From positions 26,040,970 to 26,104,969 of the forward strand of contig JARDVH010000124.1 of assembly GCA_030324005.1 (NCBI GenBank): DNA of 64,000 nt. Direction: 5' to 3'. The position numbers and the translations under genes were made by a program. Below are positions 1-12,638 of this stretch, piece after piece; within the stretch, counting starts at the first letter, position 1; each line of letters starts with the position of its first letter. The notes beneath the pieces are model-generated. The model saw only the letters and a program-made list of their open reading frames with translations, made no database searches and was not told where the DNA came from. Source of the stretch: Negaprion brevirostris (Eukaryota).

Positions 1-105
1 GCAAGCATACCATATGCCTTCTTCACCACCTTCTCCACCTGTGCTGCCACCTTCAGGGATTTGTGGACTTGCACACTTAGGTCCCTCTGTGTTTCTATAC
101 TCTTG
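1..105 (-). mobile_element. CR1-type LINE ORF2 fragment
   Basis: Reverse strand reads like the post-RT segment (SLKVAAQVEKVVKKAYGML) also seen in the CR1 copies near 9430 and 55770. Confidence 0.8.
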
Positions 106-1369
106 GTGGTGTGCTGCTAACCCTTAAAGGCATATTACACCACTTCAGTAGTTGTAAAGCATTTTGGGATGTCCTGACATTGTGCAGGGTATTATATAAA
201 GTTGTTTCTTTTGCCTTTTTGTCTTTCTGCCATGTTTTTCCTCCCAGTCTGGAGTGTTTCTTGATGTCCCCTTGAGACCAGGAAGTGGTTCTGATCCATA
301 AAATAAGTCAGGTGACCTTAGTGGCCTTATTTTCCAGCCTTTTTGTCCAGTTTTTACAAATACATAATTAGAATATTCAGAATGTGAGATGTTAGTACTG
401 GGTAAGATGATTTGTTTAAAAATTGTTGAGACCAGTTGCCAAAATGCAATACATTGGAACAGAGTGACCAAGAACATTGTTAATTGCCACTGGTATCTGC
501 AAAATTGGACATTATCATTCTGTGTGGTGATCCTGGTCCAGCCAGCTCTGGCCTAAGAATTGGATAGCACCAAATTAGTGAGCGGGCCTAGCAAATTGAG
601 TTTTTCTCCTCGTCCTTATTGGCAACCAGTTGATGCCCCAGCAACATCTGATGGCCCCAGTGAGTTTGAGGCCGGGGTAAGATGGGGTTTGAGGAGGTGG
701 AAATGGCAGTGATATTGACACGTTGACTTTATTTATATTCTAATATTGCTGCTGAAAATGGCTTGGGAGGTTCTCGTCAAACAGAGCTGAAAGGTAAAAG
801 GACCACTGGTGTCCATGACCTCCCGGTTCCCTCACTGAACCTGACTTTTTTTTAATCAAAGGGAAAATGGATGAGCTGTTGTGGATTTTATGCTTGAAAA
901 GGTGATTTGTGGCGAGGCTCCATGTTGGGTATTGTTACTCTAAGTCACAATTAAAATGGAGAGGGGCAGCCCTCAGAACCTGGGGAGGCTAGGTTGCATT
1001 TTCAATGGCTTTGCAGAAACAGCTGGGACATGAATCAGTCCCTGTGTGTGTACAAGAAAACACAAAAGGTCACTTGACCTCCCTGGAGTCCACCTTGTCG
1101 GCATAGATTGTACATATTCCTTGCTCCCCCCTCTCCATTTTAGTTGAAGTAATTCCAGGGTAACAATAGCTGACAGACTTGCCAGCCTTATGGAGATGCA
1201 AATAAAGACATATGGAGATTATTCATGAATGGAAAGTTGACTTGTGTGGTCATGGAGCACCATTACTATCGTTACACAACAGCTTGTCACAAGAATCATG
1301 GAATAAAATCTCCACAGTGCAGAAAAAGGCTCGTCAGCCTATTAAGCCTGCACCAACAACAAACCCACC

Positions 1370-1603
1370 CAGGTCCTGTCCCTTTAATCCAACATATTTA
1401 CCCTGTCAATCCCCTTGACACTAAGGGACAATTTAACCCATCCATCTTTGGAGTGTGGGAGGAAACCGAAGCACCCAGCGGAAACCCATGCAGACATGGG
1501 GAGAACGTGTAAGCTCCACATAGTCACCCAAGATCAGAATTGAACGCAGGTTCCTGGCACTGTGAGGCAGCAGTGCTAACCACAGTGTGCCATGGTGCTG
1601 CCC
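1370..1603 (-). mobile_element. tRNA-derived SINE, family A (HE1/V-SINE-like)
   Basis: Reverse complement of the GGGCAGCAC...GGCACACTGTGGTTAGCACTGCTGCCTCACAG head shared by many copies in the window. Confidence 0.85.
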
Positions 1604-1699
1604 AAGAAAACCCATGAACTGAGAACTTGGCAAAAACTTTCAACTCTAATGGTCTTCACTGATATTAAAATTTTAAATGTCCATTATCTTTTTAGGTTC

Positions 1700-2690
1700 T
1701 CAGGCATATTATATAGATAGACATCTAGCTGGAGAACAGAGGTGAGATGGTAGTAGATTGCATGGTGGACTATATCAGACACAATTGGGAAAATAAGGAA
1801 GACGAGGAGAGATAATGTGTTACTATCACAGTCACAGGAAATGTCATTCATGATTTTAGCTATGCTGACTTTAGAGTTTTGTGCAGAGTGGAAGCCGGAC
1901 TGAAACAGCACGGTGGCACAGTGGTTAGCACTGCTGCCTCACAGTGCCAGGGACCCGGGTTCAATTCCAGCCTTGGCTAACAGTCTGTCTGTGTGGAGTT
2001 TTCAGATTCTCCCGAAGTCTGCGTGGGTTTCCTCTGGCTGTTCTGGTTTCCACCCACAGTCCAAAGACTCTGTGGGTTGGGTTGATTGGCCATAAAAACT
2101 TGCCCCTTAGTGTAAAGTGGACTCACAGGGTGTGATTGTTGTCGGCGCAGTTTCAATGGGCTGATGGACTTCTTCTGCATTGTAAGAATTCTACGAAACG
2201 ATAGGGACTTATAGGTTGGTGGGAATGGAGTTAGGAGCAGACAATCAATATCAGGAACATGTATAGAAAAGACAGGTTAGAGGTGGATTAGCCGTTGCAG
2301 AAGAGAGGAAGATGATGGCTGTTTGTAAAGGGAAGGAATTGTCTGAAGAGAGGGAGTCATTTGTAATGCGAGCCAGCACGAAGGTGAGGCATTATAGTTA
2401 AATGAATGCTAATTGAATGAGGATGGGGATCCAGGGAATGAAAAGTGGATGGTTTTTGGATGGGAAAAATGGGATGAACAGTTCAAAGTGATAGGATTGG
2501 AGTTAGGATGAGTTGATAGAAAAGGAATGTAGTCACAGAAACAAGTATAGTCCCAGTCTTGAAAAATACGTGCAAGCTTTGTACCTAATGTTGGAGGTGA
2601 ACATGGAGCAGTTAAGGGGTTTAAGGAGATGGTTTATTGTGTAGACAAATAGATTTTAGGTGTTCTAGCCTCCTGGAATAATGGTGAGAA
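1700..2690 (-). mobile_element. Degenerate L2-type LINE, interrupted by a SINE at about 1906-2195
   Basis: ORF 1684..1911 gives FQSGFHSAQNSKVSIAKIMNDISCDCDSNTLSLLVFL, like the L2 RT motif QSGFR..HSTETAL.KV.NDI....D....SLLVLLDLS. Purine-rich continuation after the SINE. Confidence 0.65.
1906..2195 (+). mobile_element. SINE family A
   Basis: Pol III A box (GGTGGCACAGTGG), B box (GGTTCAATTCC), conserved core and CR1-like tail (ATGGGCTGATGG...CTGCATTGTAAGAATTCTA). Confidence 0.9.
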
Positions 2691-2809
2691 ATTGAATGGG
2701 GAATGAATCTGCTCATCCTTAATTCCTGAAATCCTACCAGATAATATTCAGTCTTAAAATTTCCCCATGCCAATATCCATACCACCTGCTACAGAATCAG
2801 ATAATTTTC

Positions 2810-3905
2810 TCTAATTGGTCTGTGCTGGTGGTGATGCTCCACATCAGCCTCCTCCCACCTTGCTTCATCTCGCCCTATCAACATAGCTTTCTATTCCTTT
2901 CTCCCTCAAGTACTTGCTGTCTTTCCCTGAAATATGCTATTCATCTCAGCCACTCCATGCACTCGCTGGTTTGACATTCTTGCCACTTACTGAGTGAAGA
3001 GTTTTCTTCTGAATTCCTCACTGGATATATAAGTGATTGTCTGTCTTTTGAGACCTGTAGTTCTCATCTGCTCCATAAATGGGAACAATTTATCTGCATC
3101 TAGCTTATTCAACCCCTTTACATAATTGTAAGGACCTCTACCAGGTAACTTCCCAGCCTTCTCTTTTTAGGAGAATGGTGCCCCAGACTGTTTAGTAATT
3201 TCTGATCAGAGTGCTCTCACAGTTCTGTTATCATCTTTGTAAATCCATTTCTTTAGCTTTTTCCAGTCGCTCTGTAGCCTTTCTTTATTATGGAGACCAG
3301 AACTGTGTGCAGTACTCCAAATGTGGTTCATTCAAAGTCTCTGCAAATTCAACATAACTTCAATGCTTTTGAATTCTGTTCCTTGAGGAATGAACCTTAA
3401 ACTCTGTTTACATAATTTATAGTTTTGATAACCTAATACATTTAGTATATCCCTTTGCACCTCTACCCCCACTGACTTAGTTTTCAAGGGATTCCTCCCT
3501 CTAAAATGTGCAACCTCACCCATGTATATTGAAATAAATTTTCCATCTTTACACACCCACTCTGCAAACTTATTAATATCCTCTTGTCGTTTGCCATTTT
3601 CTTGCCCAGTGTTAAGTGTGACGCCCAATTTGGTGCCACCGTAAATTTTGTGTCTGAGCTTCTGACTCCCCAATTTAAAATCCTTTATCTAAAAGATAAA
3701 ATATTATGGCTCAGAGCCAATTCCTGTGGAACACTTTTTGTCCCACCTGTGTATTTACCTTTCATCCCCAGTCTCTCTGTTTGGTAGCCAGTTTGCCAAA
3801 AATTCTTCTACTTGTCTGTCCCTTGATTCCGCATGCTTTGACCTTAGCCGCCATTGACCTTAATGAGTCCACTACATGGTACCTTACTAAAGGCCTTCTG
3901 TAAGT
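2810..3905 (-). mobile_element. Old degenerate CR1-type LINE 3' portion
   Basis: Recognisable CR1 segments on the reverse strand (e.g. ggagaccagaactgtgtgcagtactccaaatgtgg corresponds to PHLEYCTQFWSP). Confidence 0.75.
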
Positions 3906-4435
3906 TTATGTATATTAATGAGGCATTATATTAGATGACATGCTCTTCAAAGTCAGAGCAGCAAAATTTACACCAACTCTCCAGTGCAATGTAATCAAAA
4001 CATTTCCTTTGCTCTGCTTCTGTTCAGTGAATGGTAATTGATCATTCAGCATAATTTGTTTATCCACAATTATTCTGAGCAGAGGTCAAATGATAAAAAG
4101 CCAATGGATGCAGGTCCAAGATTGCTGTGAAATTTTATTCCGCTGGGGCAGTGGTAATATGATTATATTGCTTCCACTTTTGTCAATATGTAAAAAGAAA
4201 ATCACAAATTTACAGGAGAAAACTGAATATTATACAAGAATGTCTGATCACAAATGTGGGAGCACAAATTGTCTTGTCACTCGGATTTGGTTTGACTCAA
4301 GCACTCAAATGTTAGGACCCCCTAAACTGTGCGTGGATGATGAAGACAATAAAATTCTTACCTCTACAATTGGCCAAAATCTAATATATAGCATAACCAC
4401 ATTCAAGAGCTTTCCTTTTAGACGGCTGCTATTAA

Positions 4436-4792
4436 GGGGAGGTGATGGTGCAATGGTATTGTCACTGGGCTAGTAATCCAGTGTCCTAGGTTAATGCTCT
4501 GGGGACCTGAGTTCAAAACCCACCAGATGGTGCAATTGGAATTCAACGTAAAAAGAAAAATTGGAATTAAAAGTCCACTGCTGACCATTGTTGATCATCG
4601 TAAAACCCCTTCTGGTTTACTAATGTTCTTTCCGGGAAGGAATTCTGCCATCCTTACCGAGTCTGGTCTACATGTGACTCCTAAATGCCCTCAGAATTGG
4701 CTGAGCAAGTCTCTCAGTTCAAGGATAATTAGGGTTGGCCAGTGTTGGTCCAGCCAATGACGCCCACATCCCATGAACAAATTTTAAAAAAA
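4436..4792 (+). mobile_element. tRNA-derived SINE, family B
   Basis: Head GGTGCAATGGTATTGTCACTGGGCTAGTAATCCAG...GAGTTCAAAACC and tail GACGCCCACATCCCATGAACAAAT plus A-run. Homologous copies at 5965, 12285, 17115, 30940 and 56800. Confidence 0.85.
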
Positions 4793-5029
4793 GTGCGTGG
4801 TCTACTATCCAGGTTGCCAGTTTAACTAACATTTCTTCCTGTGACATTTTCAACTGTGTGCAATCATTGTAATTTTAACCCAACAATGAACTCTGATGCC
4901 CTGCATATTTGACATTAGCATGCCACAATCTTTTGCAGCATACCAACTGGTATAGCATTGGTGATTTTGATGTGATAGTGAGCTTAATGGAAACGACTAG
5001 TCTTGTACTAGTGGTGTAGTATACCACAC

Positions 5030-5335
5030 ATTGTTTTTCAGAAAACAGGCAGCTCTCTCTACAGTTAGCTGTCTGGGCTATTCCCAGGGACACATATCAA
5101 GACAAGTATCAACTGCAGATGTAGGAACATCTACAGTGAAAGGTGCTGTTTGGTCTGCTCAAAACCTGCTGGTCTTCCAGTGCAAAGAGTGGTCCCTGAT
5201 CGAGTGTTGCAGACTGGCACGTTTCAAGATGCAGGAATACATGTTGAGAGAGGCACTAAAGCTTGGGGCAATCAATCTAAGGCTTTTCAGCCATGGCACA
5301 CTGAGGTGCCAGGAACTGTGGAGCACTCCTTGGGT
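5030..5335 (+). mobile_element. Tx1/L1-clade LINE ORF2 C-terminal remnant
   Basis: Peptide VKGAVWSAQNLLVFQCKE...ECCRLARFKMQEYMLREALKLGA resembles fish Tx1-like ORF2 ends, from recall. Confidence 0.5.
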
Positions 5336-5844
5336 TGTATTCCAGACATTGGATGTGTATAATATTACATCCTAAGTTGTGCAATTAGGCGGATTGGCAG
5401 GGTAAATACATGAGGTTACAGGAAGTACCTGGATGGAATCCTCTTTTGAAGAGGTGTTGTAGATTTGATGGGCTGAATGGCCTCCTTCTGCACTGTAGTG
5501 ATTCTTTAATTCTGTGAATTATATTGGGGCACTTCAGAGTGCAGTATGCTCTGTGAAGAAAAGTTGAATCTTATTGCCCTTTTCTGCGATGAGCATTTTG
5601 AAATGTTTTAGATTGTCCTTTCAGATGTTTTATGTGCAAAGTATTTTTTTTGGAGGGAAAGGTTGAACACATGAAGGAATGCCTTGTGAATTCTTTTCCC
5701 AGTACCTCAGATTTCATCACAGTGAAATACTGCTATCACTGCTTTCCAGTGAACGAAATTAGGGATTGGATGTTTTGAACTTGCCAAATTGACAGTAACG
5801 TACAATGACGGTGTGACTGCAGCTATGAATGGAATTTCCATTCC

Positions 5845-6385
5845 ACAGAATCTCACAATGCAAAAGAGGCGCTTCGGCCCATCGGGTCTCCACCGACACA
5901 TGAGAAACACCTGACCGCTCACCTAATCCCGTTTACCAGCACTCGTTCAATAGACTCAAATGTTTTTTTTATTTATGGGACATGGGTGCCACTGGCTGGC
6001 CAGCATTTATTGCCCATCCCTAGTTGCCCTTGTTCAGGGGGCAGTTGAGAGTCAACCACAATGCTGGGTGGATCTGGAATCACATGTAAGCCAGATCAGG
6101 TAGGGACAGCAGATTTTCTTCTCTAAAGGACATTAGTGAACCATGTGGGTTTTCCCGACAATCGACAACATTATCATGTGTCAAGTGCTCATCCAGGTAC
6201 TTTTTAGAGTATTTGAGGTAACTTCCCTCCACAATTTTCCTAGGCAGTGCATTCCAGACCTTCACCACCCTCTGAATAAACTGAGTTCCTCACAGCCCCC
6301 CATAAACCTCCTGCCCCTCACCTTGAACATGTGTCCATTCGTGACTGACCCTTCAATTCAGGAGGACAGCTGCTCCCGATCCACT
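5845..6385 (-). mobile_element. CR1 3' end interrupted by a family B SINE (about 5965-6168)
   Basis: CR1 tail at 5845-5962, CR1 body (VKVWNALPRKIVE) at 6170-6385, SINE B between them. Confidence 0.75.
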
Positions 6386-6816
6386 CTTGGACACAAGCCT
6401 GATGTTGCGATTGTTTCTAGGTTAGGAATGGATGTAAATTCATCCATGTGGAAATGCTCAATGTGCTGCTATTGTGGTATGCAAAGTGCTTAACTAGCTG
6501 GAAGTCACGTCTAGCAGCAAATTGGATGTGGTGTATGGGGGAAGGAGGTTGGGCCATGCCAGAAGTGAGCCTGTTTAATGGGTAAGTGGCTGCCATCGCT
6601 GTGGCAACTATTTGTTCATCCACCACATGGAAGCAGAAACTGGGCAGTGGCAGAGAGTGGTGTCCTTGTGTAACAAATCAGCAGTAGGTCCATAAATATC
6701 CACAAAGAGAAAAGGTAGATTAACATCTCTTGTGTAGATCTTGTCTGTTCTAACAGTAACCAAAGCTTACATTTCTGTAGCAATTCCCCTAGTTGCCACA
6801 GTCCAACTTCTGTCCA

Positions 6817-6994
6817 GGTCAATCCACCTAGTGAGCATGTCTTTCAGACCGTGGGAGGAAACCGGAGCAGCTGGAGGAAACCCACGCAGACACTGGGAGA
6901 ATGTGCAAACTTCACACTGACAGTGACCAAAGCCAAGAATTGAACCCGGGTCCCTGGCACTGTGGGGCAGCAGTGCTAACCACTGTGCCACCAT
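6817..6994 (-). mobile_element. SINE family A, 5' half
   Basis: Reverse-complement head and core. Confidence 0.88.
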
Positions 6995-8962
6995 GTATCT
7001 GCTCATTATTTTTACAGATGCTGATAAAGTTGCCAGCGTGTTTCCAGAATGTTATGTTTTCGTTTTGTACTGAATCTCATCACCCCAGTGCACCTTGGCA
7101 ACTTGCCACTTAATAATTCTGCCTCATTTCTGCTGCTAACATGATGAGGACCATCTCACAGCCTTCCCCTTTATTGATACCTTATGATTCTCTCCTGCTG
7201 TTGTGAATTGTTCCTCTTAATGCCCCCCATCCTCTTCCATGTTGTGGTTCTGACGATGCGTCAAACCCCACCCATAAAAAAGCTCAAATTCAAGTTTCTC
7301 TTCTGAATTTGCTGACAATAAACTCATCATGACTTTAAGTGGCCATTTAAGAAGTCGGGCAGGTTATGTCTTCCAGCTCCCAAAAGCATCTTGCATCTGG
7401 AAGCCGACATGCCAACTCCCGGGGTGGGGGCTAAGCAAATGCCTTCCCTCAAACCTGCCCTNNNNNNNNNNTTAGTAATTCAGGGTTCATTTTCAAATGC
7501 ATAAACTTTACTCAGCTAACATCACTGAATTTGGCTGAGTCTTTTTGTTTTAAGAAATGGTGCACATGTACAGAATCTTCTCACTGTTGTAACAGTGGTG
7601 ATCATTGATAGTTTAGAGCTGGAGTGTTTGTTTCTAATCCCTTTGCTGCAGAAACATGTGTTTGTATTTTGCTGAACAATATGGTAACAGAAGAAATGCA
7701 TGTTTATTTCCTGTGAATCTTGGATCGCCATTTCTCAAGCCTCTAGTGTTTTCCCACATCCACAGGCTTTCTGTAATTTACAAGGAAAGCGAATACGATT
7801 TCACTGGGAAGGAGGAGTGTGTAATAAGCTGAAACAACATGGTTTGGGGCTCCTCCTGTTGTTTGCCTTGATCCCAAATTACTTTCTCAAATCTAAAATG
7901 ACACTGCACACAATGAACACAAACTAAGTGATAGCAGATTTTGGATGCAGTTAAAAGATTGCTGGGAAATTTGATTAAACAACGGGCTAACAAACAAACT
8001 AATGTGATCACAACCGCTTCCATTTCAACATCAAATGGGAGACTTACAAGGGCGCACATTATACAAGAAGCATCTGATCTCAGAATCTCTAATTTGATTT
8101 GACTGGATTTGATCCCCCGCCATCCACGTGACACCCCACATGACACTTCCCCCGCACCCTCCACCAAACCACTCAGTGATGGAGAGGAAAATATAATTCT
8201 TACTCTCATAATTGACTAAACTGGGGTAAGCTTTAAAAATCATAGCCACCACATTATGGAGTTAAATTTTTGGAGAGTTGCCATTATGACTTGAGTATTG
8301 AAGAAGCAGTGAGGCTCCCAAATCTCCAAGTACCTTCATTTATCCTTGGGAAGGAAGGAAGCCGGAGACGGATGTATTCCCAGATTTATGTGAGAACTTT
8401 TCCAAGTGGAGGAGCTCTGACTTAGAATAGATTCACTCCCTGGAGATGTGCAAGGATTATTCATGGCCTGGCTCTCAGCTGAGCCTATCGTGGATGAAGG
8501 GGTGAGATTTCAAATTGGGAAAAACGTACAGAAAATTCTGAATTTTGTTAGGGAAGAATGTTAAGATACATGGAGTTACGATGCTGATCAATCATAATCT
8601 AACCCTATGCGACCCAAAAGAACTTTGATGCCCACCAAACTTGTGGCAACCAGGTCACCATGTAATACAAAACCTATGCAATATTAATAAATTCATCGTT
8701 TGTTAGGAGCCTAATAGAAGAAAAGGATTAACAAATCTCTTCTGCTTTTTGACTCATGCCTTGCTTTACTCTGTCACTTAATATTTCCAAACACATCTGG
8801 ACATTTAATAGACTTCTGGCTCATGGTCAATGTCCTACACACTCTCCTTTTCTGCCAATAGTGCCTTATTTATTTCAATTGATTATTTCAACAGATTAAG
8901 ATCAAGGTTGAACACATTAGATGTTGCTGTAATGCCACAGTTGCACTTTTCAGCCCTCATTA

Positions 8963-10022
8963 ACCTTTGATAAGATTCCGCACGGTAAGCTATTGCAGAA
9001 AATACGGAGGCATGGCATTGAGGGCGATTTAGCGGTTTGGATCAGAAACTGGCTAGCTGTAAGAAGACAGAGGGTGGTGGTTGCTAGGAAATGTTCATCC
9101 TGGAGTTCAGTTACTAGTGGTGTACCGCAGGGATCTGTTTAGGGGCCACTGCTGTTTGTCATTTTTATAACTGACCTGGATGAGGGCGTAGAAGGATGGG
9201 TTAGTCAATTTGCGGATGACACTAAAGTCAGTGGAGTTGTGGACAGTGCGGAAGGATGTAAGAAGTTACAGAGGGACATAGATAAGCTGCAGAGCTGGGC
9301 TGAGAGGTGGCAAACGGAGTTTAATAATGAGATGATTCAGTTTGGAACGAATAACAGGAATACAGAGTATTGGGCCAATGGTAAGATACTTGGTAGTGTG
9401 GATGAGCAGAGAGATCTCAGTGTACATGTGCATAGATCCCTGAAAGTTGGCACCCAGGTTGATAAGGTTGTTAAGAAGGCNNNNNNNNNNNNNNNNNNNN
9501 NNNNNNNNNNNNNNNNNNNNNNNNNNNNNNNNNNNNNNNNNNNNNNNNNNNNNNNNNNNNNNNNNNNNNNNNNNNNNNNNNNNNNNNNNNNNNNNNNNNN
9601 NNNNNNNNNNNNNNNNNNNNNNNNNNNNNNNNNNNNNNNNNNNNNNNNNNNNNNNNNNNNNNNNNNNNNNNNNNNNNNNNNNNNNNNNNNNNNNNNNNNN
9701 NNNNNNNNNNNNNNNNNNNNNNNNNNNNNNNNNNNNNNNNNNNNNNNNNNNNNNNNNNNNNNNNNNNNNNNNNNNNNNNNNNNNNNNNNNNNNNNNNNNN
9801 NNNNNNNNNNNNNNNNNNNNNNNNNNNNNNNNNNNNNNNNNNNNNNNNNNNNNNNNNNNNNNNNNNNNNNNNNNNNGGGCATTTAAATGGTCATTGGATA
9901 AACATATGGATGATATTGGAATAGTGTAGGTTAGGTGGGCTTTAGATTGGTTTCACGGGTCGGCGCAACATCAGGGGCTAAAGGGCTTGTACTGCGCTGT
10001 AATGTTCTATATTCTGTGTTTC
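8963..10022 (+). mobile_element. 5'-truncated CR1-type LINE (reverse transcriptase remnant), spans an N gap
   Basis: Translates FDKIPHGKLLQKIRRHGIEG...VTSGVPQGSV*GPLLFVIFITDLDEG...FADDTKV. One in-frame stop. CR1 tail at 9960-10020. Confidence 0.93.
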
Positions 10023-11420
10023 ATTGTTCGTTGGCAACCATGCATCACTGTCCGTCACTCATGCACGTCAAATGCTTTTGCTACCAATGAAACAAAACCC
10101 AGTTTTTTGGTTAGCATCTACAGTGTTGCTAGATTCCCCAAGAAAAGTATGAGAGGAATCAAACTGCTGTCTTTTTGAGGGCTGCTTCTGCTTTCACAGC
10201 ATTTCAGTATGGTCGCACAGATGTAAACGTATCGTCATTTCTAAGCACTCTGAGAAAACAGAGAAGGTGGATTATTTTTCTTGCTCCATTTAGCAAATGT
10301 TCCTTCAGCTGCCAGGTGGCCGGATACCTGACAACTGAACCAGATTTTGATAAGCATAGTGGCGATCTGACCGATGTGTGACCCCTGGCCAACAGCAATG
10401 TTACTGATTTGTCCTTGCTCAATTAAGAATCAATAACATATAGTGGCCAGGAGAATGGTTCCCAATACTGTAACTTTAACAAAACTCAATACTGTGTGGC
10501 TCTAAAAATGAACAGGGTGATTTGCCACATGTGCTGAGCTTATTAGACAACATTGATCTGGTAGAGCAGCTGAATGGTCTAAACCTGTTCCTACCCTATC
10601 TTGTATTTTACTGTGAAAACCTGATGTATCAAAATGTTGGGCAAAATTGGTAGTCAATGATGAAAAATGATGTGCCCTGTGTCTACGGGAATACTTGACT
10701 GACACATCCTGGTGCCCACTATCTTGCCAATCACTTTCTGTTATCATTTTACAGCTGCCATAAATAATGACTTATTGCCAACAACTGAAATGTATACACC
10801 ACTTTCTCCATCACAATTTCCTGCTGTTTTGATCAGATACACAATCGTTTGTTGCAAAGAGAAGCTCGTTGAGAGTGAAGAGTTAATTTATCATATTTTC
10901 CTATGCTAGAAGCAGAACCATTAAAGCACTCAATAACAGACGTTTAGTACAATAGNNNNNNNNNNGTGAAGGGGTTGTGCTGGTGCAGCGATAAAGGGAT
11001 CTCTTTGCATGCGTACGTGTTTCTGCTCATAGAATACCTCCATGCTAGTGGTAGGCTCCAGGCAGTGGCGCTGTTAAAGCGAGAATGGGGTTTGACATCT
11101 GATTGAAATTCAGTGAAAATAACAGAATAGATTCTGGTCAATCAAAGGAATGGTGCTGTCAGATACAACACTGAAGTCCTTCTGCACCAGCCTATGCACT
11201 GCCAGCAGTTGGTTCATGCAGTGAATGGAGAACGATTGATGGAATCGAGTGTACAGGCAGCTACTTTATGCCATACAAGGAGCTTGTGAAAGAACGTCCG
11301 CTGCTGGAAGCATAAAAGATGCCCTGCCTGCAGTGACTTGTATTCACTCAACTGAACAGCAATTTCCCTTCTGCTTTGAACCTAACTACAGCATTTCTTA
11401 TAGATAGAATTAGGAAAGAA

Positions 11421-11539
11421 ATGGCTTTTAGCCCGTGGCATATCCTGTCTCCAGTACAATGGGTTCGATGGACATGGTCTGCTGTGTGTGGTGGAGGAGA
11501 CTATAGTCTCCATTTCATGCAGAAAATAACTGGAGCTAG
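11421..11539 (+). CDS. TACC2: TACC gene, probable first coding exon (MAFSPWHILSPVQWVRWTWSAVCGGGDYSLHFMQKITGA-R)
   Basis: ATG in strong context (gaaATGG). Peptide closely resembles the human TACC1 N-terminus MAFSPWQILSPVQWAKWTWSAVRGG as I recall it. Ends AG|GCAAGT (GC donor), 119 nt, phase 2, matching the next exon. Confidence 0.8.
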
Positions 11540-11647
11540 GCAAGTGTGTTTGGTATTATTGGTGGCATAAGAGGATCAGAGTGAGTGGGGTTAGTATCTC
11601 AGTGGGATTGAATTCACTTCTTACAGAATGTGTTCATTTTGCTTTAG

Positions 11648-11772
11648 GAGCTCAGACTCAGAGGGAGCATTCGAGACACCTGAAGAGACAACACCTGTTA
11701 AAGTCCCTCCGCAGATCTCTCCTCCTGCCACTGAGAAGGAAAGCCAGGAACAGCTGCCTTCAGAACAGTCAG
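11648..11772 (+). CDS. TACC2: TACC exon (SSDSEGAFETPEETTPVKVPPQISPPATEKESQEQLPSEQS)
   Basis: Acceptor ttttgctttag, donor G|GTAAAG, 125 nt (phase 2 to phase 1). Matches the TACC2 SSDSEEAFETPESTTPVK motif. This frame is not in the ORF track. Confidence 0.93.
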
Positions 11773-12282
11773 GTAAAGAAAGCTAAAAATGATTAATGGG
11801 GGTCAGCTGAAGGTCAGACTGATAAAGTGGCGACACAAAAGCAAAGGGCAGTGCATGCGAAAAGTTGAAGTTTTCAAATGTGGCACTTGGCGCTTCCTAT
11901 TGTTAGTGTGACTTGCTATATAATTCATGCGTCCAGCCATCCCAGAATGAAGAGTAGATTTCAAGATGTATAGAACCAAATGAAAATATACAATGGCTTA
12001 TAGAGAGTTTGAAAGAAATAAACAGTACCTTTTGATTTTAGTTGTATTATTATTGTCGGCTACATGTTTACCACCTGAAAAGTGAATTCATAGTTGCAGC
12101 CCGTGCCACTGATGGCCTTGTTTCCATAATAAGACTCCTCCTTTTCTGAGATAATTAACTCTAAAACCCTTACCAAATGCTTTCAAAGTTTGCAATGATA
12201 GCTTTGTTCTGCAGCTGAGATTTTATGAGTGTTTGCATTTTAAAAAAATGACTGCATTTACATATTTGGTTATTTCCTTCAT

Positions 12283-12638
12283 TATTCATTCATGGGACAT
12301 GGACTTTGCTGGCTGGTCAGCATTTATTGTCCATTCCTACATGGCCTTGGAAGGCAGTTGAGAATCAACCACGTTACTGTGGTTCTGGAGTCACATATAG
12401 GCCAAACTGGGTAAGGATGACAGATTTCCTTCTCTAAAGGACATTAGTGAACCAGATAGGTTCTCCTGACAATTGACAATGGTTTCATGGTCATCAGTAG
12501 ACTCTTAATTCTAGATATTTTTATTGAATCCAAATTCCACCATCTTCTGTGGCGGGATTCGAACCCAGATCCCCGGAACATTAGCTGAGTTTTTGTATTA
12601 ATTGTTTGGCAATAATACCACTAGGCCATTGCCTCCCC
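12283..12638 (-). mobile_element. SINE family B, near full length
   Basis: Begins with (TTCA)n tail complement and ends CACTAGGCCATTGCCTCCCC. B box complement GGATTCGAACC. Confidence 0.88.

Noticed and set aside
1906-1975. tRNA genes at SINE heads
   Set aside because: A/B boxes are present but continue directly into the SINE core and LINE-derived tail, and there are many diverged copies.
8963-9480. Reverse transcriptase as a functional gene or retron-like system
   Set aside because: 5'-truncated CR1 LINE copy with an in-frame stop in the VPQGSV*G motif. An ordinary retrotransposon relic.
11581-11796. 71-aa ORF overlapping the SSDSE exon
   Set aside because: Wrong frame. The TACC motif is in a different frame bounded by splice sites.
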